From Planctopirus limnophila DSM 3776 (GTDB taxonomy: Bacteria > Planctomycetota > Planctomycetia > Planctomycetales > Planctomycetaceae): a stretch of DNA of 32,000 nucleotides. The notes beneath the pieces were generated by a model that worked only from the letters and a program-made list of their open reading frames with translations, was not told the origin of the DNA and did no database searches. The stretch's first letter is position 1; each line of letters starts with the position of its first letter. The stretch lies in the NCBI RefSeq assembly GCF_000092105.1, contig NC_014148.1, forward strand, positions 690,001 to 722,000, given 5' to 3'. Made by a program: the position numbers and the translations under genes. Below are positions 16,253 to 26,498 of the stretch, one piece after another.

Positions 16253-18322
16253 TTAGGGCAAACGGGGGAAGTTGCTGTTGCTGACAAAATCCAGATTGTC
16301 CTGCCCAGACGATGGATGGCTTTCTGGCAACGGGTGATCGACGGCAGGTGGCTGCAATTCGGAAAGTGCTCTTTCAAAAGTGAAGAAATAGCCCGCATGC
16401 CGACCATCACGATTCGAATGCACCAGAGGGTATGTCCGGGATGGTGTATAGATCGTCGATGGAAAGGCTTGTGCTAACTCGAGCTGAATCTCAGGAGAGA
16501 GTTCATGGATCGGCTGATGGCTGAAGAACAGCACTTTTTCACTGGTGGGAACGACGGAATTCAGCTGCTGCTTGCGATTGGCTTCTTCAAGTAAGCGGTT
16601 AGCCCTGAACTTGGCTCCTTGCTCAGAACAGAGTTGATGCTCTGCAAAAGCCACATGATGATCATCAGCGGCACAGCGGATTGATTGCGTGATAGGAGTC
16701 TGCAAATAGATCGAGGCGAGTGTTTCTCTTATCGAAGTATCGTTGGGATCTTTAGCGGGCTTCTGAATGAAATAAATCCCTTGTCCGACAACAAAACCCA
16801 GGCCGATCACAGCCACCAGCAGGCGGCAAAGTCGTCTGCCAGTGATTGTTGTTCTCGGGAAGATGGCGATCACACCCCAGGCCACCAGCAGGCAAATCAT
16901 CGGGGCCAGGTGCTGGGCAATGCGAGCTGATCCCCCATAGGGATACTTCTGAAGTGCAGCGGCCAGTGCTGTCAGTAGAAACGGCGAAACAAGCAGAAGA
17001 AGAATCTGCCGCTGTCGAAATGCCAGTAAAACGATCCCGAGTACCAGAAAGATCGAGGTCGCAGCACTCCCACCATGCTCTGCACCCACAGGATACGCCA
17101 CCATGCTGCCTGTGTGAGCTTCAGCCAGCCAGCGCAGAATTTCCTGAGCAGAGAAACTGCGGGGCATCGCATCCTGCCAGAAGACCTTGAGATTCATGAC
17201 TTGATTGCCATGCTCATAAGCGGACTTTCCAAAGCAGTTCCACATGAGAAACGTACTGAGTACCAGGGGGATGCCAACCAGAAAACCGCCCATCAAGGCC
17301 CGTTGCAGGCGGAGGGAGCGGGATTCGAAGTGATAAGGCAGAATGCGCGTAATTGTGGATCGATCATTGACGGGAATCTGCAACAGCAAGCCTGCGGGAA
17401 GTCTGGGAAGCGGTGGCGACAATTGCCAGAAAAAGCGTCCCACAATCATTCCACCAGCGACAAAAACGCCCGGGAATGAGATCCAGGGGGTGGCCACACA
17501 CAAGATCACGAAGAGACCAAACCAGAACCAGGTATGGTTCCCTCGATGCTGCGGTTTGATCAACGTTCGTCTGACCGACGAATCTGCAAGAGACCGGATT
17601 GCACAGCCCAGAAGCAATACGGAAAGACAAAGATCGATGGAGTAAGGCTTGAGTTCGCTGGCCAGGCGGACAGGAAAAATACTGACAGCCAGGAGCACCG
17701 TCGCGACCCAGCAGACTTCCCGTTTGGCCAAAGGACGGATCGCCCAGGGGAAAAAAGCCAGTGCCGCCACCCCCATGATGATCGCGGGAGTACGCAGTGA
17801 AACTTCCGAAGCACCCCAGGTGGCCACATTCAGCCATGTCCCCAGCAGGAATCCACTGGGAGCGATCTGGCCATATTCGAGTGGCGTGAAGAGAGTCTTG
17901 AAGTCACGGGAAAGGATTGAAGTCGCCAGATAAGCTTCATCGCACCAGAGAGGGCGAACCATGGCAAAACGAAGAAATCGCAGCGAGATCCCGATCAATA
18001 CCGTCGCCCAGATCCAGTAAGCCAGCGGTTGTCTCGTGAGTTGTACGAGCCGCTGGATGAGTGGATGTTGGCGGCGACTGACGACTGGCTGAGGTCTGAA
18101 AGCACGCTCTAAGCGATCTGCGGTGGAAGGAGCGATCTCTGTGTTCGTCTCCAGTGATCGGCACAGTCTTTGTCGCCGTGCATCCTGGCTTTTCCGAGGT
18201 GCATCCTGCTCTCGAATCGATGACACGATTCCCACCATTCCCTGGTTGCCAGTATTCTCTGTTTGGAGGACAGGAAATCCTCCACGACTGTTGAGAATGT
18301 TTTTGCGGTAACGATCTGACAT
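16253..18322 (-). CDS. Second polytopic GT-C (GT39-like) glycosyltransferase, with a ~100-aa N-terminal extension and a soluble C-terminal region
   Basis: A PLWCDEAYLATSIL motif follows the first TM segment, with about 10 or more further hydrophobic segments. The start is uncertain: Met1 at 18322 or Met29. Confidence 0.8.
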   Translation of the reverse strand: MSDRYRKNILNSRGGFPVLQTENTGNQGMVGIVSSIREQDAPRKSQDARRQRLCRSLETNTEIAPSTADRLERAFRPQPVVSRRQHPLIQRLVQLTRQPLAYWIWATVLIGISLRFLRFAMVRPLWCDEAYLATSILSRDFKTLFTPLEYGQIAPSGFLLGTWLNVATWGASEVSLRTPAIIMGVAALAFFPWAIRPLAKREVCWVATVLLAVSIFPVRLASELKPYSIDLCLSVLLLGCAIRSLADSSVRRTLIKPQHRGNHTWFWFGLFVILCVATPWISFPGVFVAGGMIVGRFFWQLSPPLPRLPAGLLLQIPVNDRSTITRILPYHFESRSLRLQRALMGGFLVGIPLVLSTFLMWNCFGKSAYEHGNQVMNLKVFWQDAMPRSFSAQEILRWLAEAHTGSMVAYPVGAEHGGSAATSIFLVLGIVLLAFRQRQILLLLVSPFLLTALAAALQKYPYGGSARIAQHLAPMICLLVAWGVIAIFPRTTITGRRLCRLLVAVIGLGFVVGQGIYFIQKPAKDPNDTSIRETLASIYLQTPITQSIRCAADDHHVAFAEHQLCSEQGAKFRANRLLEEANRKQQLNSVVPTSEKVLFFSHQPIHELSPEIQLELAQAFPSTIYTPSRTYPLVHSNRDGRHAGYFFTFERALSELQPPAVDHPLPESHPSSGQDNLDFVSNSNFPRLP

Positions 18323-18385
18323 TCAGGATTCATGGATGGAAAACGAAGGTTTTCCACTGCGTATCCAGCCTGAATCGTCCTGAAT
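18321..18385 (-). promoter_or_regulatory. Imperfect extended hairpin overlapping the annotated ATG of the 16253-18322 gene
   Basis: On the plus strand: ATTCAGG (18321-18327), TGGAT (18333-18337), GGAAAAC-GAAG-GTTTTCC (18338-18355), ATCCA (18363-18367), CCTGAAT (18369-18375), and a second CCTGAAT (18379-18385). In the mRNA the arm CCTGA-ATG contains the start codon. Confidence 0.35.
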
Positions 18386-18465
18386 GACATGCTCGTTTTA
18401 AGGAATATGAGAAGTTGAGAAAAGGTGAAACCGGCCATTCCTGCCGATCTTGTCACGCGAATTTC

Positions 18466-18495
18466 AAAAAAAACTTGCGAAAACGTCAGCTTCGC
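18466..18495 (-). terminator. Weak putative terminator after the dehydrogenase gene
   Basis: On the minus strand, a GCGAA/TTCGC 5-bp stem (18477-18481 with 18491-18495) is followed by AAG and a run of eight T (18466-18473). It lies about 13 nt past the stop at 18508. Confidence 0.35.
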
Positions 18496-18507
18496 TCCGC
18501 CGCAGCT

Positions 18508-19539
18508 TCAGTGGGTCGCCGAAAGGTCGATGACGACTTTGCCAAAATGATGCCCCGATGCCAGCCACTCAAAGGCTTGGCGTGATTGATCGTAAGGAAA
18601 CACTCGATCGATCACCGGATGCAGTTGGTGCGACTCCAGGAATTGATTCATTTCTTTAAACATTTCCTGGCTGCCGACATAGATCCCATTCAATCGAATG
18701 TTACGGGCCACGAGTGGAAAGAGACTGCCGGTAGGTGGCCCGAACCCTGTGAGCACTCCGATTAACGCAATATGTCCCCCGGCAGCCACAGACTGCAGCG
18801 AGCGATCGAACGTCCCCGGCCCACCCACTTCGACAACATGATCCACGCCCCGATGGGCCGTCAGCTCATCAACCACTTTTTGCCATTCTGCATGTGAGCG
18901 ATAGTTGATGGTGTGAGTTGCTCCCAGTTCCACAGCACGTGCCAGTTTTTCATCACTGCTGGAAGTGATCAGGACTTGAGCACCTGCTGCCGCAGCGAAC
19001 TGCAACGCAAAGACAGAAACACCTCCAGTCCCCAGGCACAGGACTGTTTGTCCAGCCGAGAGCTGGCCCCGCACAAACAACGCATGATAGGCCGTTAATG
19101 CTGCACAAGGTAAGGTTGAGGCTTCCAGATCCGAGAGATACCCAGGAGTGGCCACCAGAGACGATTCCTCAAGTGTCACGAAGCTCCCGAGCATCCCATC
19201 GACCGTACCACCCAGATCATGCTGGTGGTAAGCCATCTGGAATGGTCCCTTTCCCCAGGTGGCAAAGAAACTCCCCATCACACGGTCGCCCACTTTCCAG
19301 CGAGTGACACCTTCGCCCACTTCTTCCACAACACCCGCACCATCCGAGCAGGGAATGCGGCCACCCACCTGCCGGCGAGCCAGGTTGTGCAATGCGATAT
19401 GGTCCCGGTAGTTCAAAGAGACAGCTTTGACAGCCACTCGCACCTGATGGAAACCCAATTTTGCCATCGGTCGACGCTTACGCTCGAGGCGGTACTTGTC
19501 TGCCGTGGGTGCATACTCAAAAACATCGATGTCATGCAT
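18508..19539 (-). CDS. Medium-chain dehydrogenase/reductase (zinc-type alcohol dehydrogenase or quinone oxidoreductase family)
   Basis: 343 aa with VKAVSLNYRD, PCSDGAGVVEEVGEGVTRWKVGDRV, the nucleotide-binding GTGGVSVFALQFA, and C-terminal GHHFGKVVI. Confidence 0.9.
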   Translation of the reverse strand: MHDIDVFEYAPTADKYRLERKRRPMAKLGFHQVRVAVKAVSLNYRDHIALHNLARRQVGGRIPCSDGAGVVEEVGEGVTRWKVGDRVMGSFFATWGKGPFQMAYHQHDLGGTVDGMLGSFVTLEESSLVATPGYLSDLEASTLPCAALTAYHALFVRGQLSAGQTVLCLGTGGVSVFALQFAAAAGAQVLITSSSDEKLARAVELGATHTINYRSHAEWQKVVDELTAHRGVDHVVEVGGPGTFDRSLQSVAAGGHIALIGVLTGFGPPTGSLFPLVARNIRLNGIYVGSQEMFKEMNQFLESHQLHPVIDRVFPYDQSRQAFEWLASGHHFGKVVIDLSATH

Positions 19540-19602
19540 AAGAGGTTGCTCTATTGATCAAATTGAACTGCAAAACTAGCTACAGGAAATACCCCTTGAA
19601 GA

Positions 19603-20685
19603 TTACCTTCTCAATGCGCTGGAATACTGGATGGGTAACACATTCATGGGGCGCTCGACACTCAGTTCTCGGGCAGCCACATAAGGCCAGTGGGGATTTG
19701 CCAATGAAGCTCTTGCCAGCATGATGAAATCAGCCTGGCCATGGGCAATGATCGCTTCCGCCTGCTGCGGTTCGGTAATCATCCAGCCTACAGCCACAGG
19801 AATCTCGGCGGCTCGACGAATCTTTTCGGCAATCGGCACCAGGAAGCCCGGCCCCCACGGAACATGAGAGATATCTGGTGTCACAAACCCATGGCTGACA
19901 TCAAGCAGATCGAGTCCTCGCTTTTTCAATACAGCAGCCAGTTCGATCGATTCATCCACAGTGACACCGCCATCGATCCAGTCGGTAACAGAAAGCCGCG
20001 CAATCAAAGGGAGATGTTCAGGCCATACGGCACGAACGGCATCAAGTGTTTCTACGAGAAAGCGAGCCCGGTTTTCCCACGAACCACCATATTGGTCCGT
20101 CCGATGATTGGAGAGTGGTGACCAGAATTCATGAGCCAGGTAACCATGGGCAAAATGTAGCTCGAGAAGTTGATAACCAGCCTCGATCGCTCGTTTGGCC
20201 GCAGCGACAAAATGTCTCTGCACCTGATGAATCTCCTCGATCGACAGCGCCTGAGGAACTTTTGTCAGATTGTCTCCAAAGGCTTCTGCAGATGGGGCGA
20301 TCACATCCCAGCCACCTTGATCATTCGCAAGATGCCCACCACCTTGCCAGGGAAGGTCAGCGCTCGCTTTTCGCCCTGCATGGGCAATCTGTATCCCGGC
20401 AACAGCACCATGCGCTTTAATGAATCGATTGATACGAGCCAGCGGCTCAATTTGCGAATCTGTCCATAAGCCCGCATCACCCGGAGAAATTCGACCCTCG
20501 GGTGAAACCGCCGTCGCCTCAGCCACAATCAGACCGGCACCACCCACCGCCCGCGCACCAAGATGCACCAGATGCCAGTCATCCGCATGTCCATCATGAG
20601 ATGAATACTGACACATGGGCGAGACCGCAATGCGATTGCGGAAACTGACATCCTTCAGTTGATAAGTGCTGAATAACTGACTCAT
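19603..20685 (-). CDS. namA: NADPH dehydrogenase, Old Yellow Enzyme family, YqjM/NamA-type
   Basis: RNRIAVSPMCQYSS...DDWHLVHLGARAVGGAGLIVAEATAVSPEGRISPGDAGLW is the hallmark N-terminus of YqjM-class OYEs, including the PMCQY Cys. 360 aa. Confidence 0.9.
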   Translation of the reverse strand: MSQLFSTYQLKDVSFRNRIAVSPMCQYSSHDGHADDWHLVHLGARAVGGAGLIVAEATAVSPEGRISPGDAGLWTDSQIEPLARINRFIKAHGAVAGIQIAHAGRKASADLPWQGGGHLANDQGGWDVIAPSAEAFGDNLTKVPQALSIEEIHQVQRHFVAAAKRAIEAGYQLLELHFAHGYLAHEFWSPLSNHRTDQYGGSWENRARFLVETLDAVRAVWPEHLPLIARLSVTDWIDGGVTVDESIELAAVLKKRGLDLLDVSHGFVTPDISHVPWGPGFLVPIAEKIRRAAEIPVAVGWMITEPQQAEAIIAHGQADFIMLARASLANPHWPYVAARELSVERPMNVLPIQYSSALRR

Positions 20686-21127
20686 GAGAAAAGAACCTCT
20701 CCTGCTGGGACGCCGTAATTTCTCTGATGATCATGTGAAATCATGCTGAGAAACCATAGTCAAAACGGATTGATCATTGGGTTTCTGACTTCGAGCTTGC
20801 TGGAAGTACCCTGGCGGGAAGCGAGTCTTACAAGCCGTACAGCGAGGCTGAACTCAGCTTGTTGTTCGATTGTCTGGCGATGCTGCCCGCCGAGTGTGTG
20901 TTCTTCAATTTGCCATGAGAAAGTACCGGCAAAACATCAACTGGGGCTATGACCTTCCAGGACTCATGTTCTCAATAGGTGTTTCTCCCTGTGGGGGCAA
21001 CCTTTTAGGGGTTATGGACGAAAATCTAGTGTTGAAGTGGCAGGATCTGTCTCGCATCCATAAATGATCTCCGATACGCTGAAGTGTGATCGCCATCGAA
21101 AACGACAAAGCCAAGTCGAGACAGCTC

Positions 21128-23584
21128 ATGAAGTCGGTAGTCACTTTTAACTCAGCTCTCCTTTCAGCCGTGCTGACGGTTGTCTTGAGTTTCGAAATTC
21201 AGGGATCGATTCAAGCGGCAGATGCCATCGAAAGTTTTATTGCCCAGCACTGCATTCGATGTCATGGCCCACAGAAGGAAGAGGGAGATATCCGGATCGA
21301 TCAGCTCTCTCGGGATTTCAAAGCAGGGCTGGATTCGCACCACTGGGCTGAAGCTCTGGATAAGGTGAACACCGGCGAAATGCCGCCCAAAGAAGAGCCT
21401 CAACCGACTCAGGCAGAGATTGCAGCCTTTGTCACCGCTCTTGATGGACGACTGAAAGAAGGTCGAGCTTCGCGCATGGCTGCCCGGGCAGCTGTCACGC
21501 ATTATCGATTGAGTCGCAAAGAGTACCAGAACACGGTCTACGATCTTTTGGGCGTGCGCTACGATCCAGCGAAGCCGCAAGAACTCAATGAAGATACATT
21601 ATGGCACGGTTTCGAGAGGATCGGGTCAGAACTGACTCTTTCACCTTCGCATATCGACCGCTATTACAAGGCGGCAGGAACGGTTCTTGATCGAGCATTT
21701 CCTGCGACCACAGTCGAAGCACGAAAAGTTCGCAAAACGGCTGTCGATCTTCGATATCGCGGCGGGAAAGAGCAGCAGGCCGCGATGGATCGACTGGGAA
21801 TCCAAAGGCCGCTGCGATATCTGCTTTTCCCGGGACGTGTCGAAAATGCACTCTCTCCCAACTGGTTTGGAAAAACAGGCCCAGAGCACAGTGGTTTGTA
21901 TCGCTTACGTCTACAGGCCAGTGGCATCAGGCCGCCAGGTGGTCAACCTGCCCATCTGAGTATTGGCAAAGCCACCGGGGAAGAAACCGTTGATGGCCTC
22001 ATTGAATTCGACCTGACTGCTTCGGAAGACAGCCCGCAGGTCTTCGAGTTTGAAGTCTTTCTGGAGATGCCGATCAGCCTGGATTTCTGTGTGGTGGCGA
22101 CTGATGTGATTGATCGCAGAGGCGGTGCTGCTTTTCGCAACGCATTGGCCAGCCCCTCCTATATGTTTACCCATAGTAGTGAGACCCGGCTGTTAAACCC
22201 CAACGCTCCACAGATGTTCGATGGTCAAGGAAATGGCCTGTTTTCGACTGTATTGCTCGACTGGATTGAGTGGGAAGGGCCGCTGGTTACAGAAGCCGAA
22301 AAGTCGCGCCGCGACAATCTCATACCACCCGATGGTGCCTCTCCCCAGATTGTAGCTGAATATCTGCAGCGCTTTGCCGAAAGAGCCTGGAGGCGACCAG
22401 TAAAGCCCGAAGAACTCGATCAATATCTCCAGTCGTATTTAGAAGAACTGGCTGCAGGGGAGAAAACCTTTGAAGCCTATCGCGTCGCACTGCAAGGCCT
22501 ATTGACATCACGGCATTTTATTTACCTTGTCGAGGGATCGCCCACGCCTAGAGAGCAGCTCACTCATGCCGAACTCGCCTCGCGACTCTCCTATTTTCTC
22601 TGGAGTTCAATGCCCGATGAAGAATTATTGACAGCCGCTCGAAATGATCAGCTTCAGGGAGAGGTTTTAAGCAAAGAAGTTGATCGTCTTCTGGCAGATA
22701 GTAAAGCCAACCGTTTTGTTGACGACTTCACTCGCCAATGGCTGCAGTTACATAAGTTAGGAATGTTTCCACCCGATAAGAAACTTTATAAAAACTATGA
22801 CGACTGGCTGGAAGAAAGTATGCGAGCCGAGCCAGTGGAATACTTCCGTGAGATGTTCTCCAAAAATCTCCCGATTGACGAGTTAATTCAATCAGACTGG
22901 ACCATGGCGAATGCCAGGCTGTGTGATTTTTACGGATTGCCAGAGCCCAGAGAAGGAGGCTTTCAACGTGTTACACTCCAACCGGAAGATCATCGCGGCG
23001 GCCTGCTGACGATGGGGGCAATTCTTAGTTTGACATCGGATGGAACCCGCCATCGTCCCGTGCATCGAGGTGTGTGGTTAAGCGAAGCGATTTTTGCCAG
23101 AACACCCCCTCCACCACCAGCCAATGTGAGTGCCATTGAGCCCAGTCCTCCAGAGAGTCCCAAAGCGACATTGCGTCAGAAGATCGAAGCACATCGCAAT
23201 CATGCCAGTTGTGCGGCCTGTCACGCCAAGATCGATCCACTGGGCCTGGCCTGGGATAACTACGATGCGATTGGCCAATGGCGCACTCGCGAAAGAGTTG
23301 AAAAGGGGGTTGGCGAAGATCCGCAGATTGATCCTTCCGGTGTTCTCCCTGATGGTCGATCTTTTGCAGATGCTGTCGAGTTCCGCCAACTGCTGCTGGA
23401 AGATCGAGATAAAGTCGCGAAAGCCTTTATTGAGCACCTTTGTACATATGCTCTTCGCAGGGTCTTGACCGTCGATGATCAGGACGATTTGAAGGCGATT
23501 GAAATCGAAGCGAAGAAAAGTGATTACCGCGTGAAAGACATCATTCGAGCCGTCGCACTTTCTGGAATGATGAGAAAACGGTAG
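21128..23584 (+). CDS. Planctomycete-type DUF1587/DUF1592/DUF1595/DUF1588/DUF1585 multidomain protein with two CxxCH heme-binding motifs
   Basis: I chose the start at [21 protein letters not shown], which gives a signal peptide. CIRCH lies at nt 21251-21265 and CAACH at nt 23210-23224 ([25 protein letters not shown]). Other family motifs are [42 protein letters not shown] and [11 protein letters not shown]. Confidence 0.9.
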   Translation: MKSVVTFNSALLSAVLTVVLSFEIQGSIQAADAIESFIAQHCIRCHGPQKEEGDIRIDQLSRDFKAGLDSHHWAEALDKVNTGEMPPKEEPQPTQAEIAAFVTALDGRLKEGRASRMAARAAVTHYRLSRKEYQNTVYDLLGVRYDPAKPQELNEDTLWHGFERIGSELTLSPSHIDRYYKAAGTVLDRAFPATTVEARKVRKTAVDLRYRGGKEQQAAMDRLGIQRPLRYLLFPGRVENALSPNWFGKTGPEHSGLYRLRLQASGIRPPGGQPAHLSIGKATGEETVDGLIEFDLTASEDSPQVFEFEVFLEMPISLDFCVVATDVIDRRGGAAFRNALASPSYMFTHSSETRLLNPNAPQMFDGQGNGLFSTVLLDWIEWEGPLVTEAEKSRRDNLIPPDGASPQIVAEYLQRFAERAWRRPVKPEELDQYLQSYLEELAAGEKTFEAYRVALQGLLTSRHFIYLVEGSPTPREQLTHAELASRLSYFLWSSMPDEELLTAARNDQLQGEVLSKEVDRLLADSKANRFVDDFTRQWLQLHKLGMFPPDKKLYKNYDDWLEESMRAEPVEYFREMFSKNLPIDELIQSDWTMANARLCDFYGLPEPREGGFQRVTLQPEDHRGGLLTMGAILSLTSDGTRHRPVHRGVWLSEAIFARTPPPPPANVSAIEPSPPESPKATLRQKIEAHRNHASCAACHAKIDPLGLAWDNYDAIGQWRTRERVEKGVGEDPQIDPSGVLPDGRSFADAVEFRQLLLEDRDKVAKAFIEHLCTYALRRVLTVDDQDDLKAIEIEAKKSDYRVKDIIRAVALSGMMRKR

Positions 23585-23666
23585 ATCGTCCTCCGTTGAA
23601 TCGCATTTATAGATAAACGCTACAGTCACTAAGTATAGAACAGTACCTGCTAAAGGTGATCTCTCG

Positions 23667-25025
23667 ATGAGCAACTTTCTTTCGCAATCCTGGTTGATTG
23701 ACCGGCGGCATGCACTTCGTGCGCTCGGGACCTGCATTTCGTTGCCGTTTTTGGAATGCATGGTTCCCTTGAAAGCTGCCGAAGGAGTGACAGCCACACC
23801 CAGGCGAAGTGCGTTTATCTATCTCGCCAATGGGGTGCATTCACTGAACTATCAGATTACGACGCCAGGAAAAGACTATCAGTTCTCCCCCTCGCTGAAA
23901 CCTCTGGAGAAACATCGAGAGGTGATTACCCCGATCAGTGGTCTACATCATCCGGGGGCTCTGAGTCATCATCACAATTGTATTTCTGTCTGGTTGACGG
24001 GCGGCAAGCTGGGTCCGTCGGATCGCAATACAATTTCGGTGGATCAGAAAATCGCTGAGATCACCGCACCTCATACGCGCTATCCATCTATGGAAGTGGC
24101 ATTAACCGGCGAATCTCTCGGATGGACGGCTGACGGAGTCCGCTTGCCTTCCATGCGGCGCTGCAGTGAAATCTTTGCTTCGCTATTTGCCGAACCCAAG
24201 GGAGGAACAGCCACTCAACGGAGAGCATTGAGACGCAAAGCGAGTGTCCTGGATGCCAACCTGATGGAAGTACGTCAACTCGAACAGGCGATGGGAGCTG
24301 CGGATAAAGGTCGTCTCGACCAGTATTTGACCTCGGTACGCGAAGCCGAGATCCGCACGAAAAGGGCAGATGCCTGGCTGGATACACCTTTACCAGCACT
24401 TTCCGAGGAAGATCGTAAACGCACCAATCGCGATGTAGCGGCCACAATGGCCGGTGATTACTTCCGCACGGTCTACGATCTAATGGTGCTGGCATTCCAG
24501 ACGGATGTTACTCGCGTGGCAACATTCAGCCTGGGAGGTGAAGGGGACGCCTTTTCGATTCCTGAAATTGGTATTACCGAATCGCGGCATCAACTCAGTC
24601 ATCACGGTGGTGATGCGGGGTATATGGAGAAGCTGACCAAGTACGACACCTTTGCTATTGAACAGTTCAGTTACTTCCTGACAAGGTTGGCAGAGACGAA
24701 AGATCTCAACGGCAAATCACTCCTGGGGACGACAATGGCCCTCTTTGGAAGTGGAATGTCGTATGGACATAGCCATGGCAATGCAAATTTACCGCTGGTG
24801 CTGGCGGGTGGGTCAGATCTGGGGCTCAAACATGGCAGCCATCTCGATTTTAATCAGGGGCATTTCAGTGGGTATCGACTCGATAAACCGGGCGAGCATT
24901 ATTCGCTCTGTAGTCGTCCCGCGAATCCAAATGCTCATATGAGCAATCTGTTGCTGTTGATGGCTCAGCGGATGGGGGTCGAAACAGATAAGTTTGGCGA
25001 CAGCAATCAAGTCATTGCTCTGTAA
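23667..25025 (+). CDS. DUF1552-family protein, the usual partner of DUF1592-family proteins
   Basis: The N-terminus is Tat-like ([19 protein letters not shown]), followed by FIYLANGV...[25 protein letters not shown] and QLSHHGGD. It starts 82 bp downstream of the DUF1592-family gene on the same strand. Confidence 0.9.
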   Translation: MSNFLSQSWLIDRRHALRALGTCISLPFLECMVPLKAAEGVTATPRRSAFIYLANGVHSLNYQITTPGKDYQFSPSLKPLEKHREVITPISGLHHPGALSHHHNCISVWLTGGKLGPSDRNTISVDQKIAEITAPHTRYPSMEVALTGESLGWTADGVRLPSMRRCSEIFASLFAEPKGGTATQRRALRRKASVLDANLMEVRQLEQAMGAADKGRLDQYLTSVREAEIRTKRADAWLDTPLPALSEEDRKRTNRDVAATMAGDYFRTVYDLMVLAFQTDVTRVATFSLGGEGDAFSIPEIGITESRHQLSHHGGDAGYMEKLTKYDTFAIEQFSYFLTRLAETKDLNGKSLLGTTMALFGSGMSYGHSHGNANLPLVLAGGSDLGLKHGSHLDFNQGHFSGYRLDKPGEHYSLCSRPANPNAHMSNLLLLMAQRMGVETDKFGDSNQVIAL

Positions 25026-25102
25026 AGGCTGATCTCCAAGTAGTGGTTTTGAAGTTGACCTCGTGCTACCTACGACTATTTGCCAATAAAGATCTCTCGA
25101 TA

Positions 25103-26428
25103 ATGAATACGCGATCCAATCCATTGAGCTCAAAAACTATCAGTCAAGGTATGGCATTCTGGTTGATTGTTTTTTGCCTGGTTCTCAGTTGTGTTTTTAC
25201 TGAGTCCGTTCGTGGAGAAGAACCATTTCGACCGGAGGTCGGCAAATTCCCACCGTTGGAAAAGGCCTATAAATACCGGGGAGAACTGGTGTTTGTCGAT
25301 CATCCCAACCGCCGGGGGAGTATTCGTGTGCAGGCGTCGGGCATGTTTTTTCGCAACGATCCCCACCCGGTGGCGATGTTGCCTTATGCAGAAATTCGCT
25401 ATCACAATGCCCCTGCGGATCTGAGAGATATACCGCTGGGAACAGTCCTGCACGTCTATGCGTTTTTGCCACCCGACCCGAAAACGTCGGCAGTTCCTGT
25501 ATTGCCTGTGAATAATAAAGCGATTGACGGAAATCATAATCGTGGAGCGGGAATTGCGCCGGCTGAGAATCATGTGCTGCTGCTCGAAGATGAAGTGAGC
25601 CATTGCCTTCGCGAAGGCAAGATCTGGAAGCTCAAAGAAATTGACATGCAGAATCACGAAGGGATGATCGTCGCGACTTGCGAACCTAAGTCCAGCCAGG
25701 AAGCAGCGCAGAACTCCGGAACTCAAATTCCAGAGGAGAAGTTGACCTTCGACGGGGCGACCCGGATCTGGCGTGGCAAAGAACGTCTGGAAGTGGCCGA
25801 TCTGATTGCTGCAGGCGTATGGCCTGCGAGTGGCAAGAAATCGCTGGCAGGCATGGCCGTGCAGTTAGGTATCACCTGGAAACCCACGCCCGATGGGATC
25901 TTTACCAGGTTTCATATTTCGGACATCTGGCTCGATGAAGCCTCAATTCAGCATGCGGCCCGTCATCAGGCGGAGGTTCATAAAGCATTCATTCGCACAC
26001 GCTGGATGCCAGCGTTTGTGGATGCCGTGGAGTATGGAAAATTCGGCAGGGCAACGGTGACGGCCACACTCTTTGGCAGGATGGACCCTGCATTGTATGC
26101 CGATTTTCAGAAAGGAGCCAGCGCCATGATGAATGCGGCAGAGAATACACTCAAGCATGCGGGCGGTTCTTATGGCCCGGCTCACATGGCCTCGCGTGGA
26201 ACCATTCTGGAAGTGAACACATCGCCCCATCCGCCAGTCGGCAGTAGTGGCATTCAGATTCGTTTTGAAACGGATCTAATTATTGAAGGCATTCGGCCCG
26301 GGCGAGTCGTGCGTGTTCGGCCCGGCAACTGGCCACTGGTCGATATTCCGCGGGAAGAGTATCTGGGAGATGGTTCGCTCAATCACGAAGATCGCTTCCC
26401 GACACCAGCGATCTTTCCAAAGTATTAG
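25103..26428 (+). CDS. Hypothetical secreted protein (about 441 aa), no domain recognised
   Basis: I chose the start at MNTRSNPLSS, which gives a hydrophobic signal or anchor (MAFWLIVFCLVLSCVFTESVRG). The sequence is non-repetitive and globular-looking. It is co-directional with gaps of 70-80 bp on both sides. Confidence 0.75.
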   Translation: MNTRSNPLSSKTISQGMAFWLIVFCLVLSCVFTESVRGEEPFRPEVGKFPPLEKAYKYRGELVFVDHPNRRGSIRVQASGMFFRNDPHPVAMLPYAEIRYHNAPADLRDIPLGTVLHVYAFLPPDPKTSAVPVLPVNNKAIDGNHNRGAGIAPAENHVLLLEDEVSHCLREGKIWKLKEIDMQNHEGMIVATCEPKSSQEAAQNSGTQIPEEKLTFDGATRIWRGKERLEVADLIAAGVWPASGKKSLAGMAVQLGITWKPTPDGIFTRFHISDIWLDEASIQHAARHQAEVHKAFIRTRWMPAFVDAVEYGKFGRATVTATLFGRMDPALYADFQKGASAMMNAAENTLKHAGGSYGPAHMASRGTILEVNTSPHPPVGSSGIQIRFETDLIIEGIRPGRVVRVRPGNWPLVDIPREEYLGDGSLNHEDRFPTPAIFPKY

Positions 26429-26498
26429 TCGATCAAAGAAAGAAAAGTTGCTGCAAGTTTTGTTCGCGCTTTGGATCTCTGTGTGATACGCTCTCCAA

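Noticed and set aside
20743-21144. Small ORFs of 65-69 aa (20743-20952 +, 20870-21067 +, 20947-21144 -) in the 442-bp gap between the OYE gene and the DUF1592-family gene.
   Set aside because: They overlap each other, their composition is Cys/Ser/Arg-rich, and they have no motifs. I treat the region as non-coding promoter and leader sequence.
23078-23797. A 239-aa minus-strand ORF spanning the 3' end of the DUF1592-family gene, the intergenic gap and the 5' end of the DUF1552 gene.
   Set aside because: It is antisense to two genes with strong family motifs. Its translation is Cys/Arg/Phe-rich with no recognisable motif or sensible hydrophobicity pattern, so I treat it as a chance open frame.
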